A stretch of DNA of 64,000 bases, taken from the NCBI GenBank assembly GCA_963755125.1, contig CAVWIP010000018.1, positions 192,001-256,000 of the forward strand, given 5' to 3'. The notes below the pieces were generated by a model that was given only the letters and a program-made list of their open reading frames with translations, was not told where the DNA came from and searched no databases. How positions within the stretch are numbered: the first letter of the stretch is position 1; each line of letters begins with the position of its first letter. The translations under genes were made by a program, and so were the position numbers. Source of the stretch: an uncultured delta proteobacterium. Its GTDB lineage: Bacteria > Myxococcota_A > Polyangia > Fen-1088. This document shows, one piece after another, positions 53,050-64,000 of the stretch.

Positions 53050-55095
53050 CTACCCCAGCCTGACCACCAGACCACGGTCAGCGTCGACCAGCACCAGATC
53101 GCCATCATGGAAGAGCCGGCACGCGCCTGCCGCGCCGACCACCGCAGGCAAGCGCCGCTCGCGCGCCTGGGTGGCCACGTGGTCGAGCGGTCCACCGGTT
53201 TCGGTCACCAGCGCGGCGGCGACCAGCAAGGGTAGCTCGCTGGGCAGTATGCTCGCCGCCAGGAGAATCTTCCCTGGCGTCGCGTGCGGGCTGCCAGGCT
53301 GGTACACGACCACGCGCCCGAGCGCGCGCCCGCCCGTGCTCTCGCCCCTCACCGACACCGTGTCGAGCGCGGCCTGCGCCGGGGGCGGATCTCGGCATGC
53401 GTTCTCCCAATTGGCACGACCGGACGCGGCCAGCGCATGTAGATCGGCCGGAGCAGGATCGCCCGCGGCCAGCGATCGCGCGAGAGACAGAGGCAAGAAG
53501 AACACTGCACCGGCGTCCGCAAGCGCGCCCATCCGGTTCAGTCTCTTTCCCAGTCGCAAGAGAGCCCGGCGAAGCGCGGCTTGCACCCGCGCGTAGAGCC
53601 AGTCGTCGTCCTCGCCCAACCCAACCGCTTGTCGGGCCAGGCGCAAGAACCGACGAAATTCCTCGCGCCGTTCGGGTGCAATCTGTTTCTCGACCTGCTC
53701 GCTGCTCCGCTCGTGCGCCTCGGCCGTTGGGTCCTCCGAGGAATCACTTTCGCCGCTGCACAAGTTCTCCGGTGCCTCGCGGCGGGTGGGGACCGCCACG
53801 TCCCACACCGGTGTCTCGTCGCCGAAGAGATCCAGGTAGCGATCTTGCGCACGTGCGCGATCGCCCGCGTCCCTGGCTGCCCGAAGCTCTGTCGCCCGCT
53901 GCCGGCGCTCGCTCGCCATGGATTCCACGCCGCTCAAAAGCTGTCCGAGCGCGGGCAGCGCCGACGGCAATTCCCGTCGCAGAAATTCCTCCAGGTTTTC
54001 GCTCGCGGCACGCAGCGCAGGCTGGATGATCGCGAAGATCGGCTCCTCAACTGCCAGCAAAAGATCGAGAACCTGTTCCAGCGCTGGCTCGTCGCCCAGC
54101 GCAGCCAGGCGCGAGTCGACCTCGGCGCGCAGGGCTGCAAAGCGCGCAGGAGCTTCCTCGACCGATACCGCCGCCGGACCCGGCCGCGCATCGGGTGAAA
54201 AGAACAGGTACTGCCCCAGCACGCGCTGGCGGATTCCGATGCGGCAGCGTTCGTCGACCAGCGCGATGAGACCGGCATGCGCAGGCGAAAGTGGCAAGGG
54301 ATTGTGCGCCTGGTCCCATTGCCAGGAGGCTGGATCTTCGCCAGCTCCCAGGTTATCCCAGCCGCGCCACGGGACAGGCGCAGGCGGCGACTGATAGGAT
54401 CGCATCTGCAGGAACACCAGCTTCTCGTTCTGCGCCACCCATTCCACCTCGACGGCGCCCTGGGCCTCGACAAGCGCACGCAGGGCGCCGCGCAGCCGCG
54501 TCGCTGCCGCGGACGCCAAGACGCCGGCCCGCACCTGGATGATCGGGGCGTCGGGGCGGGCCGGCACGCAGGCCGCGCCTCCGTGGGCATCGCCGCGGAC
54601 GTAGGCATGAAGCAGGACCGACAGGGGCGCCGCCGCTGGTCGCAAGCCATGGGCCAGGGCATAGGCCACCGCGCCCGCAGACAGGGCCGAGGCGAGTACC
54701 TCGCGGATGGCTGTCTCGACTTCATCTGCGCGCACGGCCACCCGCGATTCATAGATCCCGGCGCCGAGACCGTCGGCGACGTCCTCGCTGGCAAACGACG
54801 ACCGCACCGACCAAAGAACGTCCGGGCTGTGCGCGAGCCACGCTGCCAGCTCCTGGGAAAATCCCGCCGGAAACGGCGCTGCCATCAACTCGGCCCTGGC
54901 GCGGTCCAGATGGGCAAGCACCCGCTCGTCGATCATCTCGGGCAACGACAGCGAGGGGCCGATGGCGCGGAACAACTCGTCCGTGATCACGAATCCCGCC
55001 GGCGTGGGCAGGCCCGCGGCCGACAGCCGCGCCAGCGAGCGGGCCTTGCCGCCCAGCCGCGCGTCGGTGCCGTGCAGGTCCGCGAAAAAGCTCAT
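53050..55095 (-). CDS. PEP-synthase/PPDK-superfamily protein with C-terminal phospho-His swivel domain (RPH-like layout)
   Basis: GGKA, VRSS..ED, EW..LQMR, C-terminal TETGGPLDH..ARE..PAVVG. Confidence 0.8.
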   Translation of the reverse strand: MSFFADLHGTDARLGGKARSLARLSAAGLPTPAGFVITDELFRAIGPSLSLPEMIDERVLAHLDRARAELMAAPFPAGFSQELAAWLAHSPDVLWSVRSSFASEDVADGLGAGIYESRVAVRADEVETAIREVLASALSAGAVAYALAHGLRPAAAPLSVLLHAYVRGDAHGGAACVPARPDAPIIQVRAGVLASAAATRLRGALRALVEAQGAVEVEWVAQNEKLVFLQMRSYQSPPAPVPWRGWDNLGAGEDPASWQWDQAHNPLPLSPAHAGLIALVDERCRIGIRQRVLGQYLFFSPDARPGPAAVSVEEAPARFAALRAEVDSRLAALGDEPALEQVLDLLLAVEEPIFAIIQPALRAASENLEEFLRRELPSALPALGQLLSGVESMASERRQRATELRAARDAGDRARAQDRYLDLFGDETPVWDVAVPTRREAPENLCSGESDSSEDPTAEAHERSSEQVEKQIAPERREEFRRFLRLARQAVGLGEDDDWLYARVQAALRRALLRLGKRLNRMGALADAGAVFFLPLSLARSLAAGDPAPADLHALAASGRANWENACRDPPPAQAALDTVSVRGESTGGRALGRVVVYQPGSPHATPGKILLAASILPSELPLLVAAALVTETGGPLDHVATQARERRLPAVVGAAGACRLFHDGDLVLVDADRGLVVRLG

Positions 55096-55319
55096 GGCAG
55101 GAACTCTAGCGCGGATTGGCTGAAGCTTGGGCTCCTGCCGCCTTGTAAAGGTTTCTTACAAGACGCCGCGGCGCCGGCACTGGTCTTGGTCCGCGGGTTT
55201 GCCAACACCGCGTTTGTGCTGGCCGTTGTTCCATCGCCCCCGCCGGCACCGGACTTGCGAAAGCCGCCTTCGAGCCCGGAAGCCGCGCGTGCGGATTTCC
55301 CCCCGGGCACGGAGGAACC

Positions 55320-55835
55320 ATGCGCATCCTGCCTGTCATCCTGTCTCTGGCGCTTGCCGGCTGGCCAGGCGGCTCGGCACACGCGGAAACAGCCGCGCCC
55401 TGCCCTGCCCATGAAATCGCCGTGGTCGTGAATGTCTCCACGCGGATGCTGAGCCTGTGTGAGCAAGGAAGAGCCCAGCGGGAGTTTCCCGTGGCCCTGG
55501 GCATTGCAGGCGTCGGCAAGCGACAGCAAGGAGATCACCGCACGCCTCTCGGCGTGTACCCGCTGGGGCCGCCCCGCCCGTCCTCGAACTACGGAACCTT
55601 CATCCCGGTCGGCTACCCCACGCCCCGACAAGTTGCGATGGGGTTCACCGGAAGAGACGTCGGTATCCACGGCCCCCCGCGCGCCAACCTCAACGACGGT
55701 CCCCACAACACCGACGTTGACTGGACCTGGGGTTGCATCGCAGTGGGAAGTGATCTGGAGATTGAGGCGATCGCGACCTGGCTGAGAAAACATCCCCGGG
55801 CCTTGCTGCACATCTTCCGCGACGAGGAACACTAG
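55320..55835 (+). CDS. L,D-transpeptidase (YkuD) family protein
   Basis: Signal peptide, GDHRTPLG, GIHG..WTWGC. Confidence 0.88.
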   Translation: MRILPVILSLALAGWPGGSAHAETAAPCPAHEIAVVVNVSTRMLSLCEQGRAQREFPVALGIAGVGKRQQGDHRTPLGVYPLGPPRPSSNYGTFIPVGYPTPRQVAMGFTGRDVGIHGPPRANLNDGPHNTDVDWTWGCIAVGSDLEIEAIATWLRKHPRALLHIFRDEEH

Positions 55836-55867
55836 CCATCCCGGCGCCGCCCGCTAAGATAGCTTTC

Positions 55868-57733
<1,866 letters not shown>

Positions 57734-57771
57734 CCCACATCCCCGGCTCGACTTGGTAGTAGGATGAAGGT

Positions 57772-59070
57772 GTGCCTGCCCCTGCTGCCGCCGGTCTGAT
57801 CTGCCCAGCCTGCCAGACGCCGCTGCCCCACCTTGCCGCAGGCGCCGCTTCCCTACTCTGTCCCGGGTGTCACATCGAGGTGGACGCGGCCCGACTTGAA
57901 ACCCTGGTCGGCAAGCCCCGCTTCGTGGCCGAGCGAAGCTGGGTCGGCGCGGAAATCGACGGCATGGTGGTGGAGGAGATGATCGGCGCGGGCGGGATGG
58001 GAACCGTGTACCGCGCCCGCTCTGCACGAGAGGGCGAACCTGCACTGGCGGTGAAATTCCTTTCGCCTGCTCTGGCGGCCGAGCCAGAATTGGTGGCGCG
58101 CTTTCGCCGCGAGGTCGCCCTGCTCGAACAGCTCGACCATCCCGCCATCGTGAAGGTCAGGTCGCACGGCGAGAGCCAGGGTGTTCCCTGGTTCGCCATG
58201 CAACTGGTCGACGGGCCAACTTTGGCGGTGCGACTGGGCAAGGGACCACTGGGTGTGGACGAAGCGCGCGGGATCTTCCTGCGTCTGCTCGATGCGCTCG
58301 ACCACGCGCACAGCCGCGGAGTGGTGCACCGCGATCTCAAGCCGGCCAACGTGCTGCTGGCAGCCGACGGGGCTCGCTTGGCCGACTTCGGCATCGCGCA
58401 TCTGGACCTGGATACGGTTTCGCACAAGACCCAGCTCACGCGAACCAGCGCGATCCTGGGCACGTTCCCCTATATGTCGCCAGAACAGCGCGCTGGCCGC
58501 GCCGTGGATGCTCGCAGCGATCTGTATTCCGTCGGAGTGATGCTGTACGAGGCGCTTGCGGCAGAGCGGCCCGAAGGCGCCTTCGCCCCCTTGCACCGTC
58601 GGCGCAGCGATGTCCCGACCCAGGTCGATCAGGTGGTGCTCCGTCTCTTGCAACCCGATCCGGCCCTGCGCCTGGCATCGGCCAGCGCGGCGCGGGCGGC
58701 GCTGGCCCGTGCGCTTCGGCCGGGGCAAGTGGGACGACGGTGGCTGGCCTGGACAGGAACCGCGGTTCTCACTCTGCTTCTCGCCGCCGGATCGAGCCTG
58801 TGGTTCGGCAAGAGCGCGTCCCCTCCGGCTCCCCCAATTTTGCAGCAGCCAGCAAACCCCGCCCCACCGCCGCCCCTTCCCCGGACGCCACAACCGGAAA
58901 ACGAGCCGCGCGCGGCGCCCCCACAGGTTGACTTGCCACCGCTGCAAGGATTGAAGCGTCCCGCAAAGGTGAAAGCGCCGCTCGCCCTGAAGGGATCGAG
59001 AGGTTACGGGTCCAAGAGTGGCAGGGGCAGAAAGTCTCTCGGTGCGAAGGACTCCCCCGAACCGCACTAG
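57772..59070 (+). CDS. Ser/Thr protein kinase with N-terminal Cys pairs and a TM helix
   Basis: CPAC/CPGC, GAGGMG, AVK, HRDLKPAN, DFG, YMSPEQ. Confidence 0.93.
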   Translation: MPAPAAAGLICPACQTPLPHLAAGAASLLCPGCHIEVDAARLETLVGKPRFVAERSWVGAEIDGMVVEEMIGAGGMGTVYRARSAREGEPALAVKFLSPALAAEPELVARFRREVALLEQLDHPAIVKVRSHGESQGVPWFAMQLVDGPTLAVRLGKGPLGVDEARGIFLRLLDALDHAHSRGVVHRDLKPANVLLAADGARLADFGIAHLDLDTVSHKTQLTRTSAILGTFPYMSPEQRAGRAVDARSDLYSVGVMLYEALAAERPEGAFAPLHRRRSDVPTQVDQVVLRLLQPDPALRLASASAARAALARALRPGQVGRRWLAWTGTAVLTLLLAAGSSLWFGKSASPPAPPILQQPANPAPPPPLPRTPQPENEPRAAPPQVDLPPLQGLKRPAKVKAPLALKGSRGYGSKSGRGRKSLGAKDSPEPH

Positions 59071-59259
59071 GCAGCAGGGGACCAATCTCCGACGCCACCG
59101 CCAGCGCCCCAGCCCAAGCAAGAGGAGCCGCAGTCCATTGGAAAGAGCTCCCTCGAAAAGGCGAGGAAGTGGGGCCGCAAGACGAAGATCTTGGACGACG
59201 ACCTATTCGAGGCCACGAAGGGCGAGTAGCACACGACGGGGTGAAGTAGGGGTTGCCGG

Positions 59260-60729
59260 TCAGCGCGCCCCGAGCCCGCTGGCCGCCAGATCGATCACCG
59301 GCCCCGGCACCAGGCCGAGGGCCAGCACCAACACCACCATCGCGGCCAGCACGATCCCCATGCCCGCTGACCGAAACGGCTGCCACGGTCGCACCGGCTC
59401 GCGGAAATACATGGCGACCACGATGCGCAGATAGTAGTAGACGCTCACCAGGCTGTTGAGCACGGCCGCCACGACCAGCCAGACCAGATCCGGGCTCTGC
59501 ACGGCCGCGCGAAACACGTAGAATTTGCCGAAGAAACCGCCAGTGGGCGGCACGCCGGCCAGCGACAGCAAGAGCACGGTCATGGCCAGGGCCACGGCCG
59601 GCCTGGTACGCGCCAGCCCGGCCCAGTCGCGCACCAGCAAGCGCTCGTCGTCGCGTCGGCCCACCCATGCCACCACGGCAAAAACGCCCAGGGTGGTGAA
59701 CGCGTAGGCGGCCAGGTACACCAACACCGCCGGCTGCGCGCCCTCCACCTTCTGGCCCAGGGCCACCAGGCCGATCAAGAGATAGCCGGCATGGGCAATC
59801 GACGAGTAGGCCAACATGCGCTTGACGTTGTTCTGGCGAAGCGCAGCCAGATTTCCCCAGGTCATGGTGACAAACGCCACCCCGCCCAGTACGCGCACCC
59901 AGCCGACGTGGCCCAGCGCCAGCCCGGGATCGGCGAAGACCGCACCCAGCAGGCGCACGAGACCACCCACGGCCGCGACTTTGATCCCGGCTGCCATGAG
60001 ACCGGTCACCGGCGTGGGGGCGCCCTGGTAGGCGTCAGGCGCCCACATATGAAACGGCACGGCCGCGATCTTGAACAACATGCCAGCGAGCACGAAGTAC
60101 ACACCGATGATGAAGAGCGGGTTGCCTGCGGCCCGGCCGGCGCGCGCTGCGATCCCGGCATACGACATCTCCCCGCCCGTGGTGCCGTAGAGCAAAGCTG
60201 CTCCGTACACCAAAAACCCGGCGGCGAACGCACCCAGCAGCAGGTACTTGAGCGCGCCCTCCGCTCCCGCGGGTTGGCGACGCCAGCTCGCCACCAGCAG
60301 ATAGGCGGCCAGCGACATGGTCTCAATGCCGATGAGCAACGACAGCAGGTGCGTGGCGTGAACCACCGTCATCATACCTGTGGTGGCGAAGAGCACCAGG
60401 ACATGGTGCTCGCCGTTCTCGAAGTCGTGTTCACGCACGAAAGGCGCCGCGACCAGCAGAGTCACCAGGGCCGTTGCGATCAACACAGCGTCGAGAAAGA
60501 GCGACATTCGATCCACGACCCACATGCCGGCCCAAATCGGTTGGCCGGACTCAGCCCCTGTCCATTGGCCCACAACCGCGGCCAGGGCCGCCAGACAGCC
60601 TAGCTGCGCCAGTCGGCAGGCAGACTCGCGGCCCCTGGTCATGGTGTCCAGCAAGAGTGCCAAACACCCGGCCCCTGAAATCAGCAGCAGCGGAGCCAGG
60701 GCCGTGATCTGTTCAACCTGCAAGGTCAT
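59260..60729 (-). CDS. nuoN: NADH-quinone oxidoreductase subunit N
   Basis: EGALKY, FKIAAVPFHMWAPDAYQGAP, KRMLAYSSIAH; start ATG 60729. Confidence 0.95.
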   Translation of the reverse strand: MTLQVEQITALAPLLLISGAGCLALLLDTMTRGRESACRLAQLGCLAALAAVVGQWTGAESGQPIWAGMWVVDRMSLFLDAVLIATALVTLLVAAPFVREHDFENGEHHVLVLFATTGMMTVVHATHLLSLLIGIETMSLAAYLLVASWRRQPAGAEGALKYLLLGAFAAGFLVYGAALLYGTTGGEMSYAGIAARAGRAAGNPLFIIGVYFVLAGMLFKIAAVPFHMWAPDAYQGAPTPVTGLMAAGIKVAAVGGLVRLLGAVFADPGLALGHVGWVRVLGGVAFVTMTWGNLAALRQNNVKRMLAYSSIAHAGYLLIGLVALGQKVEGAQPAVLVYLAAYAFTTLGVFAVVAWVGRRDDERLLVRDWAGLARTRPAVALAMTVLLLSLAGVPPTGGFFGKFYVFRAAVQSPDLVWLVVAAVLNSLVSVYYYLRIVVAMYFREPVRPWQPFRSAGMGIVLAAMVVLVLALGLVPGPVIDLAASGLGAR

Positions 60730-62369
60730 CAGAAACGCCTCGCTGTCTCGGCCTGCGCGGTTGCCGGCCGCGCGGGCCGCTGACCCGGGATCACACGCCG
60801 TGCCGGCCCGTCGGGATTCGCGCGCGCCTCGGCCAGACGATCGCGGAAGCTCGCCGTGAGCGCCTGCACCGAGGCAGTGGTGCGCTCGATAATGGGCTGC
60901 GGGACCACCCCCATGACCAGCGCCGCCAGCACCAGGACACCGAACACTAGGCGCTCGCGCAGGCCGAGATCGCGCACCTGCGGGTCGCGGTTCTCGGGCT
61001 TGTCGAGCGGCCCGAACATCACCCGCTGGTACATGGTCAATAGATACACAGCCTCCAAAATGACTGCTGTGGCGGCCAGGCCGGCCAGCAGCGCCGGCTG
61101 GCTGAACATGGGAGCTGCCAGGCCCACCGCCTGCCAGTCCTTGCCCGCGGTGAACGTGCCAGCGAGCACCAGAAACTCGCCCACGAAGCCACACAAGCCG
61201 GGCAGCCCGGCCGAGGCCAACACCATGACCAGAAAGCACGCGCCGAACACCGGCACCTGTTTCCACAGTCCGCCGAAATCGCCCAGTTGGCGCGTGTGGC
61301 GGCGGTCGTAGAGAATCCCCACTGCCAGGAAGAGGCCTCCCGTCGAGACCCCGTGGGCCAGCATCTGGAAAATCCCGCCCTGGATGCCCTTGTCGGAAAG
61401 CACCAGGATGCCGAGCACCACGAAGCCCAGGTGTGACACCGACGAATAGGCGACCAGCTTCTTCACGTCGTCCTGCACCCAGGCCATGAGCGCGCCGAAT
61501 ATGATGCCGGCCACGGCGAGGCAAGCGATGATGGGCGCCGTCTGCTGGGCCGCCAGCGGAAAGAATGGCAGGGCGAAACGCAGAAAGCCGTACGCGCCGA
61601 ACTTCAACAAGATGGCTGCCAGGATCACCGAACCGCCGGTGGGTGCTTCCACATGAGCGTCGGGCAGCCAGGTGTGCAGCGGAAAGAGCGGCACCTTGAT
61701 CATGAAGGCCAGCGTGAATGCGAGGAAGCACAGCAGTTCCGGCCCGCGCGGCAGCGTGATGGTGGCCCAGGTCGAGTAGTCGAAGGTCCACTGACCGGTG
61801 ACCGCGTGCACCTGTGCGTACAGGTACAGGATGGCCGCCAGCATGAGCAGCGATCCCACCAAAGTGAAAATGACGAACTTGATGGCCGCGTACAGTCGCT
61901 GCTCGCCGCCCCAGATGCCAATGATGAAATACATCGGGATCAGCATCAGTTCCCAGAACACATAGAAGGCGAACAGGTCGATGGCCAGGAAGGTTCCCAG
62001 CATGCCGGTCTCCAGCAGCAGCATGGCCACGGTGAATTCCCGGCTGCGCGTCCTGTGCGCGCCCATGGCCTGCGGCGAAAGCAACGTCAGGAAGACCATC
62101 AGCGTGGTGAGCAGCACCAGCCACAGTGAGATGCCGTCCACGCCCAGATGAAAATGGATTCCCAGCGAAGAAACCCAGGGACGATCAACTTCCATTTGGA
62201 AAGCGCCAATTGATTTGTCAAAGGCGCGCAGAACCAGCAGGGATTGCGCGAGGCTGACCAGCGCCGCGACCATCCCGATGGGTCGGCTGGTGCGTTCGCC
62301 CCGCGGCGCCAGCATCACCAGGATGGCGCCGAAAAGCGGAAGAAGCACTGTCAACCTGAGATCAGTCAT
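60729..62369 (-). CDS. nuoM: NADH-quinone oxidoreductase subunit M
   Basis: GVDGIS, FWELML, IKVPLFPLHTWLPDAHVEAP, AYSSVSH. Confidence 0.96.
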   Translation of the reverse strand: MTDLRLTVLLPLFGAILVMLAPRGERTSRPIGMVAALVSLAQSLLVLRAFDKSIGAFQMEVDRPWVSSLGIHFHLGVDGISLWLVLLTTLMVFLTLLSPQAMGAHRTRSREFTVAMLLLETGMLGTFLAIDLFAFYVFWELMLIPMYFIIGIWGGEQRLYAAIKFVIFTLVGSLLMLAAILYLYAQVHAVTGQWTFDYSTWATITLPRGPELLCFLAFTLAFMIKVPLFPLHTWLPDAHVEAPTGGSVILAAILLKFGAYGFLRFALPFFPLAAQQTAPIIACLAVAGIIFGALMAWVQDDVKKLVAYSSVSHLGFVVLGILVLSDKGIQGGIFQMLAHGVSTGGLFLAVGILYDRRHTRQLGDFGGLWKQVPVFGACFLVMVLASAGLPGLCGFVGEFLVLAGTFTAGKDWQAVGLAAPMFSQPALLAGLAATAVILEAVYLLTMYQRVMFGPLDKPENRDPQVRDLGLRERLVFGVLVLAALVMGVVPQPIIERTTASVQALTASFRDRLAEARANPDGPARRVIPGQRPARPATAQAETARRF

Positions 62370-62372
62370 GGC

Positions 62373-64000
62373 CTACCGGATGTCGATGCTCCGCTCGATG
62401 GTGCGAGAGGTGTTCCACTGCGGATCAGTGATGCGAACCCGCAGTCGGTAGCGGCCGGGGCGGGCGTAGGACCAGGACGCGCTGGGGGTCGGGCCGAGAA
62501 CATCCTCTCTGCCATCGCCATCGAAATCAAAGCCATAGTCGAGCTTGCCCGGCCTGGCTTCGCCATCGCTCAGTTCGACCGCGAGGTTGCGGCCCTCGAC
62601 GCGAATCTTCACCTCGGAGGGCGTCGCGGGACGAGCCATCACGTAGACCAGCGCGGCCAGCCCGATGGCGAAGACGGCCAGGTAGCGCTGCACATCACCC
62701 ACTTGCAAGAGGCGCAAGAGGCGTCCCATGCTTTCGACCAAAACCGCCCATCCACCGACCAGCAACCTGTCGATGAGAATGCGATCGACGACCAAGAAGA
62801 GCAGCCGGGACAGGCCACGCATGGGTCGCACCACCAGTCCTTGGTAAATTTCGTCGACGAAAAACTTGCCGCGCACCACGACCACCAAGCGCGGCAGAGC
62901 CGCGACGAACCGGCGCGCTGGCTCGCGCGCGCCGCCGCCGAAAAACAGTCTGGCCAGGCCGATGCCGGCAAGAGCAATCGCGGTCGACCCCGCCATCACC
63001 CGCCATTCGAGGCCGCTCGACACTTCCAGGCTGCGGCCCACCGCGGGTGCCAGCCAATGACCGATGAGATCACCGTGCGGCCAGCCGGAGGGCAGACCCA
63101 CCACCCCGGCCAGTAGGGCGCCCAGGCCCAGTACCAGCAGCGGCCCCACCATCTCGATGGGCGATTCGTGCAGGTGCTCGCGCGTGTGCGGATCGGCCCG
63201 GCACTCGCCCGTGAACACCAGAAAGTAGAGCCTCGACATGTAGAAGGCCGTGCCCAATGCGGCGGCCAGCAAGCCCGCGCCGGCCGCGGGGCCGACCCAG
63301 CCCAGATGCGGGCCGAAGACTTCCGTGGCAAAAGCGCCGGTAACGATGGCGTCTTTGGAAAAGAAACCAGAAAAGACCGGCACCCCGCAGATAGCCAGCC
63401 AGCAAATCCGGAACACCCAGGTCGTCCAGGGCAACTTGCGGCGAAGACCGCCCATGCGGGTGATGTCGCCCGAGCCAGCCATGGCGTGCATGACCGAGCC
63501 GGCGCAGAGAAACAGACCCGCCTTGAAGAAGGCGTGGGTGAACAGGTGAAAAATGCCGCCCGCAAAATTGCCCGTGCCCACGCCCACGAACATGAAGCCA
63601 AGCTGACTGATGGTGGAGTAGGCCAGCACCTTCTTGAAGTCGTTCTGGGCAAAAGCGATGACCGCAGCAAAAAGAGCCGTCAGCGCCCCGACCACTGCCA
63701 CCACGGCCAGCGCCGCCGGGGCCAGCAGATACAGCGCGCCCAACCGTGCCACCATGTACACGCCGGCGGTGACCATGGTGGCCGCGTGGATCAGCGCGGA
63801 GACCGGCGTGGGACCGGCCATGGCGTCGGGCAGCCAGACGTAGAGCGGAATCTGCGCGGATTTGCCCGCCGCACCCAGGAACAGAAACAGCGCCGCCCAG
63901 AAAGCCACCGGCTGTCCCCACCACAGCGTCGCGGTCAGCGTCGCGCTGCCTGCGCGGGCGGTATCCACGATGGCAGGAATGTCGAACGTACTGGCGGCGC
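62373..64000 (-). CDS. nuoL: NADH-quinone oxidoreductase subunit L with C-terminal PKD-like domain (5' end beyond window)
   Basis: GKSAQIPLYVWLPDAMAGPTPVSALIHAATMV, THAFFKA, FSGFFSKD. Confidence 0.95.
   Translation of the reverse strand, partial: AASTFDIPAIVDTARAGSATLTATLWWGQPVAFWAALFLFLGAAGKSAQIPLYVWLPDAMAGPTPVSALIHAATMVTAGVYMVARLGALYLLAPAALAVVAVVGALTALFAAVIAFAQNDFKKVLAYSTISQLGFMFVGVGTGNFAGGIFHLFTHAFFKAGLFLCAGSVMHAMAGSGDITRMGGLRRKLPWTTWVFRICWLAICGVPVFSGFFSKDAIVTGAFATEVFGPHLGWVGPAAGAGLLAAALGTAFYMSRLYFLVFTGECRADPHTREHLHESPIEMVGPLLVLGLGALLAGVVGLPSGWPHGDLIGHWLAPAVGRSLEVSSGLEWRVMAGSTAIALAGIGLARLFFGGGAREPARRFVAALPRLVVVVRGKFFVDEIYQGLVVRPMRGLSRLLFLVVDRILIDRLLVGGWAVLVESMGRLLRLLQVGDVQRYLAVFAIGLAALVYVMARPATPSEVKIRVEGRNLAVELSDGEARPGKLDYGFDFDGDGREDVLGPTPSASWSYARPGRYRLRVRITDPQWNTSRTIERSIDIR

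Noticed and set aside
59068..59070. Pyrrolysine recoding as the explanation for the TAG
   Set aside because: No pyl genes in the window and many other genes here end normally at TAG.
59260..62124. 954-aa NuoN, and similarly extended ORFs for rfbG, rfbF, rfbH, the TBDR and the antitoxin
   Set aside because: Upstream extensions overlap other genes out of frame; better starts lie downstream.

Overview
GC-rich (roughly 65-70% by eye) bacterial chromosomal window. Gene content and style (FHA-sigma54 activator next to a Ser/Thr kinase, TonB-fused TonB-dependent receptor, G/T/S-linker lipoprotein) suggest Myxococcota, probably Polyangia; this is inference. About 50 CDSs are supported. I see no rRNA, tRNA, CRISPR array or transposase. 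Main blocks: (1) a >1000-aa membrane-anchored beta-propeller-like gene missing from the ORF track and truncated at the left edge; (2) housekeeping genes (APC permease, PilZ protein, Fe-ADH with ABM protein, PhhB, DedA); (3) a cytochrome c maturation operon ccmF-orf-ccmABCD without ccmE/G/H; (4) a vapBC-type TA pair, glk, and a 1432-aa PlsA/PlsR-type activase-reductase fusion, candidate anaerobic ether-lipid/plasmalogen synthase; (5) a hybrid histidine kinase; (6) a nine-gene minus-strand module combining CDP-3,6-dideoxyhexose/yersiniose-type synthesis, a GtrB-like polyprenol-P glycosyltransferase and a TMTC-like GT-C/TPR protein, the best candidate for an undescribed glycosylation system; (7) an exbB-exbD-tonB-lipoprotein-TBDR operon; (8) a discoidin/GT-C protein, a DegT aminotransferase, serS, an IHF/HU protein, an RPH-like PEP-utilising enzyme, an L,D-transpeptidase, an FHA-EBP and a kinase; (9) nuoL-M-N, with NuoL carrying a C-terminal PKD-like domain. 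Many starts were moved from the ORF track to better-supported codons. All family calls come from motif recognition, not database searches.
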